From NCBI GenBank assembly GCA_965644315.1, contig CBFFRQ010000080.1:310001-374000 (forward strand): a stretch of 64,000 nucleotides of DNA, in the 5' to 3' direction. The notes beneath the pieces were generated by a model. It worked only from the letters and a program-made list of their open reading frames with translations. It had not been told where the DNA came from and made no database searches. Positions within the stretch are counted from its first letter, which is position 1, and every line of letters starts with the position of its first letter. A program made the position numbers and the translations under genes. Positions 58,661-64,000 of the stretch are shown one piece after another. The DNA is from Caecitellus pseudoparvulus. Taxonomy: Eukaryota; Protista; Bigyra: Bicosoecida.

Positions 58661-61600
58661 ATGGATGACGTCCTGCGAAGCATCGGCGCCACGGCAGTGA
58701 AAGCGGATGAACTGGAGCGCCAAGTGATTGCGAAAGCTGGACCAAGGGATTTGGAAGGAATTAGTACAAAAGCCACAAGCTCCGTCATCGCCCGAGTCCT
58801 GGAGCAAGCTGAAGGCAGGCTGCGGGCAAACAAACCCTCCTCTGGGCTCCGGCAACAAGCTACGACGCCTTCCCGGCAAGACGCACTGGAGGGCACTGTG
58901 GCCATTTTACGTCGAGTCCTGCAAGCATCACGCCAGCAAGATTCAGACCAGGACACGTTCATGGGCGTGCTGGGGCAGGCAGACGCCGTGCGATTGGGCA
59001 AGCTCACCCCCTCAGAGGCTGCAGCACTGGCCAAGCAGAAGCGCTCAAACCGCAAAAGCACCGAGCCAGAGCAGGTTGAGAGCGTCAGCGGGGCTCCCAT
59101 AGCTACAAGTGATTCTCTTCTTGCCCCCGCAGCTGCCCCGCCCAGCAGGCCACCTACCCCCCCAAGCAATGCGGCCAAGGCTCATGCCACCCGTGCCACG
59201 GCCAGCCCTCCACCTGTTCATGACTTGCTGGAGATGGAGCAGGGCTCGCTCCCAGCACCCCGCCGGCCTGGCAAGCGGCCCCAAGCGAGCCCCCTGAAGA
59301 CCCGTGCTGCCCCTGTGTCGAGCAGGAGCAGCGGCATCCCGGACGACTTCAACACTGCCGCCTTCCTGGCACGCCTTGAGCAGCAACCTGAACACCAGTC
59401 GTACACACGGCTGCCCGGGAGCCTTCGCCTGCCCACGTCCATTGTGGAGAAGCTCCTCCCGTATCAAGTGACCGGCCTGAGGTGGCTGTGTGAGCTGCAC
59501 TCGCAGCGCGTTGGCGGCATCATCGCTGATGAGATGGGTCTCGGCAAGACTGTCCAAGTAGCATGTTTGCTGGGGGCCTTGCAAGCCTCACATTGGACGG
59601 GGGTGAACATGGTTGTGTGCCCTGCTACCATGCTCGGGCATTGGTACCGTGAGCTGACGAAGTGGTGCCCTGCGCTGCGAGTTCTCGTGCTGCACGAAGG
59701 TAGCGTGGCCGTGAGACGGGGCGCCTCACAGAAGGAGCTCCTGGCAGCTGCCTTCGACAGGTCGTTCTCTCCCCCCGTGAATGTTGTGCTCCTCACGTAC
59801 TCGGCAGTGCGGGCTGATGCCCTCAGCTTGGGGCGCTTACCTTGGGGATACGTCATCCTGGATGAAGGTCACAGCATTCGCAACCCCGACGCGAACGTGA
59901 CGAAGGCCATCAAGGCCCTGAACACAGTTCACCGCATCGTCGTCACGGGTGCGCCCATCCAGAATAAGCTCATGGAGCTGTGGTCTTTGTTTGACTTCGT
60001 CTTTCCTGGCAGACTTGGCACACAGGAAACCTTCGCGAAGCAGTTCTCGGGCCCCATCGTCGCAGGGACGTGGGCCAAGGCAAGTGCGCTGCAGTCCATG
60101 ACAGCGCACCAGCTCGCCGTCAAACTCCGCGAACTCGTGCAACCCTACCTGCTGCGTCGTGTGAAAAAGGATGTCTCAACGCAGCTGCCTCCAAAGTCGG
60201 AGAAAGTCATCTTCACCAAACTTACCAGCGCGCAGATGGCGCTGTACCGCAGTTTCCTCGCCTCGCCCGCTCTGCTCGCAGTGCTGGATGGATCCACGCG
60301 CTCTTTTCGGGCACTTGGCATGCTGCAGAAGCTGTGCAATCACCCTGGGCTGTTTGAAGACAAGCAACTGCAAGAAGAGGGTGCCATTGGTACGCCTGAC
60401 CGGGGCGGGCTGGAGGATGGCGTGCCCTTCACAGGGTCAGAAAGCAGCAGGAAGCGGCTGGGAGCGACAGCTTGGCGCGAGAGTGGGAAAATGGTTGCAG
60501 CAGTCTCCATTGTCCGCGCGTGGCTCGAGGCAGGCCATCGAGTGCTGTGGTTTTGTCAAGGTCGGGAAATGCTGGATGTCGTGGAAGGCTACGCAGCTCA
60601 CAAAGCTGGCTGGACGTACATGCGCATGGACGGAACCACCGCCGTGTCCCGTAGACAAACCATGGTTGACACCTTCAACCATGACCAGAGTGTGCAGGTG
60701 TTCCTGCTCACAACTCGTGTTGGGGGCTTGGGCGTGAACCTGACGGGTGCTGATCGGGTCTTGCTGTTCGACCCGGCTTGGAACCCCAGCGTGGACGCGC
60801 AAGCCAGGGAGCGAGCATGGCGCATTGGGCAAACGCGGCCAGTTGTCGTCTACCGACTGATTAGTGCTGGCACCATTGAAGAGAAGGTGTATGAGCGCCA
60901 AGTCTTCAAGCAGGTGCTCATGTCCCGGGTGCTGGGCAAGGCTGCCAGCAGCCGCACGGTGGAGCAGTCCCACCTGCGGGAGCTGTTCACCCTTGTAGAG
61001 CCCAATGGCGTCGTGTCTGCTCCGTCCTCTGCGTCCTCTTTCACGCCGCTCACCGCCGTGCCGCGCTCTGCGCGACCTGGTGGCAGAGAAGCTCGGGTGC
61101 AGGGGGTTGCCGTTCGAGTGGAGGCCTATGACTCCGACGGCGAGCGGGAGCTTGCTCCCCTTGACGACCCAGTTGACGGGACTGGCGGTGAGCATTCGAA
61201 AAGTGAAGAGGCCTCGTTGTTTGCCGCTCTCATGGACGGTGCAGGGCTTGAGACTGCCTTCGCATCCAAGAAGCTGCAGTCCTTGTCTGAGAGTGACAAA
61301 CGCGCCATCGCAGACGCCGCAGAAGCGGCAGCAGCTGCCGCTGTCGCCAGCATGCCAGCAAGTGCGCGCTCGCGGAAGCGCCAGATAGAGTTGCCACATG
61401 CTCCGAAGCCGGCCGTGCAGCCGTCTTATCCCTCTGGCCCCGCATTTACCCAACCAGTCCTGCCAACTGAGGTTACACCGGCTCCTGAAGGGCCTTTTGG
61501 GCGATACCGAACCCGATGCCTCAACCCCCCTCACACACATCCGACCTGTACCCAGCCAGCGGGGGCCATCCCGGGATACCCTGGAGCTGTGCGAGGTGGC

Positions 61601-62146
61601 TTTCTGTTGGGACTCCCGCCCGGTGCGGTGTCCAGCAGTGGGCCTGCTGACAGGCACGGCGACTTTGAGCTCGGACACACTCCCCACCCTGCCTCTACTT
61701 CTTCTCCAGCACCGCCCCCTGTGCCCTTTCAGTCTTCATCTGTGCTCCTGGCCCGCTTTCGAGCCAGCAAACCTGTGCAACATGCGCAGCGTGTCGGTGG
61801 GGCGCCCACCGACGCAAGTGGCCGCAGCTGGTCCGGCGCTTTGGGGCGCATGTCCGCCCAGCAGAAGCCTCCAGAGCAGTCCTCCTCGCCCCCATCATCC
61901 AGTGTCTCCGACTCTGCCGTCGCAAGAATGAGTGCTCGCCTCGTCGCAATCCTGACTGCGGCAGGGCGTCGCAGCAACTGGCAGCGGGGCCTGAGCACTG
62001 CGAAGCTGAAGGCCAAGTACGGGCAGGATGAAGTTGCAGATGTTGCGGTATTCGCAAGTGTTCTGCGAAGCGTGGCATCGTTTGATGCGGGCAGCCGGCA
62101 GTGGAGCCTGCGGCGCAAGTTTCGCCCCGCAGGGAGCACAAGTTAG
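58661..62146 (+). CDS. ERCC6: SNF2-family ATPase ERCC6/CSB/Rad26 (transcription-coupled repair)
   Basis: LLPYQVTGLRWLCELH..GGIIADEMGLGKTVQV, ILDEGHSIRNP, GAPIQNKLMELWSLFDFVFPGRLG, TTRVGGLGVNLTGADRV and QARERAWRIGQ. C-terminal winged helix (F..VLRSVASF..WSLR). Confidence 0.93.
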   Translation: MDDVLRSIGATAVKADELERQVIAKAGPRDLEGISTKATSSVIARVLEQAEGRLRANKPSSGLRQQATTPSRQDALEGTVAILRRVLQASRQQDSDQDTFMGVLGQADAVRLGKLTPSEAAALAKQKRSNRKSTEPEQVESVSGAPIATSDSLLAPAAAPPSRPPTPPSNAAKAHATRATASPPPVHDLLEMEQGSLPAPRRPGKRPQASPLKTRAAPVSSRSSGIPDDFNTAAFLARLEQQPEHQSYTRLPGSLRLPTSIVEKLLPYQVTGLRWLCELHSQRVGGIIADEMGLGKTVQVACLLGALQASHWTGVNMVVCPATMLGHWYRELTKWCPALRVLVLHEGSVAVRRGASQKELLAAAFDRSFSPPVNVVLLTYSAVRADALSLGRLPWGYVILDEGHSIRNPDANVTKAIKALNTVHRIVVTGAPIQNKLMELWSLFDFVFPGRLGTQETFAKQFSGPIVAGTWAKASALQSMTAHQLAVKLRELVQPYLLRRVKKDVSTQLPPKSEKVIFTKLTSAQMALYRSFLASPALLAVLDGSTRSFRALGMLQKLCNHPGLFEDKQLQEEGAIGTPDRGGLEDGVPFTGSESSRKRLGATAWRESGKMVAAVSIVRAWLEAGHRVLWFCQGREMLDVVEGYAAHKAGWTYMRMDGTTAVSRRQTMVDTFNHDQSVQVFLLTTRVGGLGVNLTGADRVLLFDPAWNPSVDAQARERAWRIGQTRPVVVYRLISAGTIEEKVYERQVFKQVLMSRVLGKAASSRTVEQSHLRELFTLVEPNGVVSAPSSASSFTPLTAVPRSARPGGREARVQGVAVRVEAYDSDGERELAPLDDPVDGTGGEHSKSEEASLFAALMDGAGLETAFASKKLQSLSESDKRAIADAAEAAAAAAVASMPASARSRKRQIELPHAPKPAVQPSYPSGPAFTQPVLPTEVTPAPEGPFGRYRTRCLNPPHTHPTCTQPAGAIPGYPGAVRGGFLLGLPPGAVSSSGPADRHGDFELGHTPHPASTSSPAPPPVPFQSSSVLLARFRASKPVQHAQRVGGAPTDASGRSWSGALGRMSAQQKPPEQSSSPPSSSVSDSAVARMSARLVAILTAAGRRSNWQRGLSTAKLKAKYGQDEVADVAVFASVLRSVASFDAGSRQWSLRRKFRPAGSTS

Positions 62147-62184
62147 GCACACCTCAACAAGGCAAATGCATTCCCTCCCTGGCC

Positions 62185-63406
62185 CTAGTCCGCACGAGAC
62201 CGCTTCCGGGCCCGAGGAGGTAGAGGTGTGACCCCTTGCAGTCCCTCCAAGCCGAACCAAGCGTGCAGAAGTGTGTCCCCTGCCTCGGCCATGAGCGTGT
62301 CGGCTTCACTGCGGAAGCCAGTCTCCAGCTCCTTCAGCAGACCTGCGACGCCTGCAATCCCCAGGTGTGTGCGAGACAAGGGGCCGAATCGGAAATGAGG
62401 CCTCTTCACGCCTTCACCAGTTGCTGTGCTGGCGCTCTCCAATGACCTGGTCAGGTACCCTGCCGCCACGAACTTGCTGAGCAGGTCTTGCCAGTTCCCG
62501 AGGTGAGCATGTGTTTGGGGCTTGCCGTTGTCGCTGAGAGATGGGTCCAGCTGCAGCAATTGAGACTCCAGGTCTTCCTTCGACAAGCACTGCCCAGGGG
62601 CCATGGCCAACAGGCTGAGCACGCCGCCCAGAAAGCCGCGCCTGGCCAGCTCAGTTGTGCATGCTGCTTTATGCACAGGCTTGCCCAGCCCGAGCTCGGA
62701 GAAAGTGGTTGTGCTGACCACAGTGAACAGCACCTTCTTGTTTCCTTCCAGGGCTTCGCGCACGCTGCCAAACCGGCTCGCCTCAGCTGCAGAGAAAGCG
62801 CACAAACCAGTTTGACCGAGGCCAGTGGAGGCGTCGCGCCCACAGCGACTCACCGGCGGACTTGTACGTGGGCAGCGTTCGCGCTACACAAAGTCCATAG
62901 CTGGTGCGAAGCTCTGCGGCGCTTTCTGCGAGGGAAATCCTGCAAAGAGGCACGGGAATAGATACTTGAGAAGGAGGCGTTTCACCAGCGTTTTGCCTTC
63001 CAGCAACCTCACAATGCATCGGCTTTTCCCAGCACTTTCACCCTCGTGATTGCTTGCTTGAAGTCCGCGAGTGTGAATCCTCGATTGCCGCCGGTCATGG
63101 ACAACAGAAGGAAGCGGACTCCATCACAGACGGCCTGGCTGCGCTCCTGCAAAAGTTCAAACCCAGCGGTGCACCGGCGCAGACAAGCAACAGCTTCGGC
63201 GCACCACCACACGGTACCTTTCCCACTAGCTTCGTCTTCCGACGCGTCATTGCAGAGAAGTCAGGCAGAGAGGTGTCTGCAGCCTTGATCTGCTCGTGCA
63301 CGTAGCGCGTGGCGGCTGCGTTCGGGTGAAAGTCACGGGCGGCTTGGCGCTGCGAGCGCCCACGCTTCCTGCCTCGGCCTCCTCGGCCGGAGGCTGAGCC
63401 TGACAT
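62185..63406 (-). CDS. NSE3: MAGE-domain protein NSE3 (SMC5/6 complex subunit); 3 introns
   Basis: VRFLLL..ADFKQ..AELRTSYGL, GFLGGVLSLL..SKEDL..HAHLGNWQDLLSKFVAAGYL..FRFGPLS. Confidence 0.75.
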
Positions 63407-63872
63407 GACCACTGCTGAGCATGGAGTATTCAAAGCGGCGTGAGCACTTTGGCGGTCATGTAGGCAAATCGCCAGATGCCGTTTTGCAGCATTTTGTGAA
63501 GTGTGTGAGCCAGCACATCAAAAAGCCTCGCCGCGCTTTACAGGTACGACAAGCATGGCGTAGCCTACGTCTACCCACCCGCGCTGTCCAAGCAAGACCC
63601 ATTTGCTGCGGGCTCATTAATTCCGTGCACTCGGAGCACACTCCACCACACACCCAGGTCCCGTTTGCTCTGCATGGAGCGCGCGGCAGTGCCCAGGCTC
63701 TGCTTGCATCGTTGCTTCGTCCAGGGCAACGTGTGCAGCACCTGCTTTGCCTGGCGCAGTCGTTTTCCTGCTCCGAACCTTGAGTGGTGGCTTGCTGAGC
63801 TGTCTTGAGGAGCCCGCAACGGTCTTGGGCAGCAAGCCGTGCTCTTTGACCTCTGCCCTCCTTGTGGTGGCT

Positions 63873-64000
63873 ATGGGCTCCGGAAGCAGCAAGGAGGAGA
63901 GCGCAGCCGCAAGTCGCTTTGGACCAATCGAGGGGCATGGGAACCGGGAGCTCGCGCGCAAGACTCTGAGCAAGTGCCCCTTCTTTAAGCACCTCAGTAC
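63873..64000 (+). CDS. 5' end of a putatively N-myristoylated protein, possibly entering a cyclic-nucleotide-binding domain (partial)
   Basis: MGSGSSKEESAAASRFGPIEGHGNRELARKTLSKCPFFKHLS, open to the window edge. MGxxxS motif; L.K.PFF..L is typical of the start of a cNMP domain. Confidence 0.45.
   Translation, partial: MGSGSSKEESAAASRFGPIEGHGNRELARKTLSKCPFFKHLS

Noticed and set aside
63421-63783. 120-aa plus-strand ORF next to NSE3
   Set aside because: It starts only 15 nt from the NSE3 ATG and has no motifs. The MGSGSS start at 63873 is the more plausible next gene.

Overview
Gene-dense, GC-rich eukaryotic DNA with short GT-AG introns. It is not prokaryotic, so the ORF track misses or truncates many genes. 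I reconstructed about 30 protein-coding genes by joining exons by hand. The cilia genes (CFAP300, CEP95-like) point to a flagellated protist; a heterotrophic stramenopile is my inference only. Housekeeping genes include NSUN2/Trm4, a GT13 GlcNAc-transferase, Sen1 helicase, a USP4/15-type deubiquitinase, a dynamin-related GTPase, NDOR1, PAQR, a secreted lectin, V-ATPase subunit e, two mitochondrial carriers, ZIP9, FBPase, DPB4/POLE3, HIG1, GTP-PEPCK, ERCC6/CSB and NSE3/MAGE. Five things stand out. (1) An intronless ~1490-aa protein combining an RRM-like fold, a pseudokinase and a CHAT caspase-like protease with an intact His/Cys dyad, which is a candidate sensor-to-protease (immune or cell-death) module. 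(2) An O-GlcNAcase with its domain order reversed relative to animals and an intact-looking N-terminal GNAT acetyltransferase. (3) A FYVE protein whose HHC core is a 9-nt frame-preserving microexon. (4) A PEPCK with a cryptic mitochondrial presequence built from microexons, lying near FBPase and two carboxylate-type carriers. (5) All seven convergent gene pairs are 53 nt or less apart, and one pair overlaps. I recognised no tRNA, rRNA, CRISPR array or transposon.
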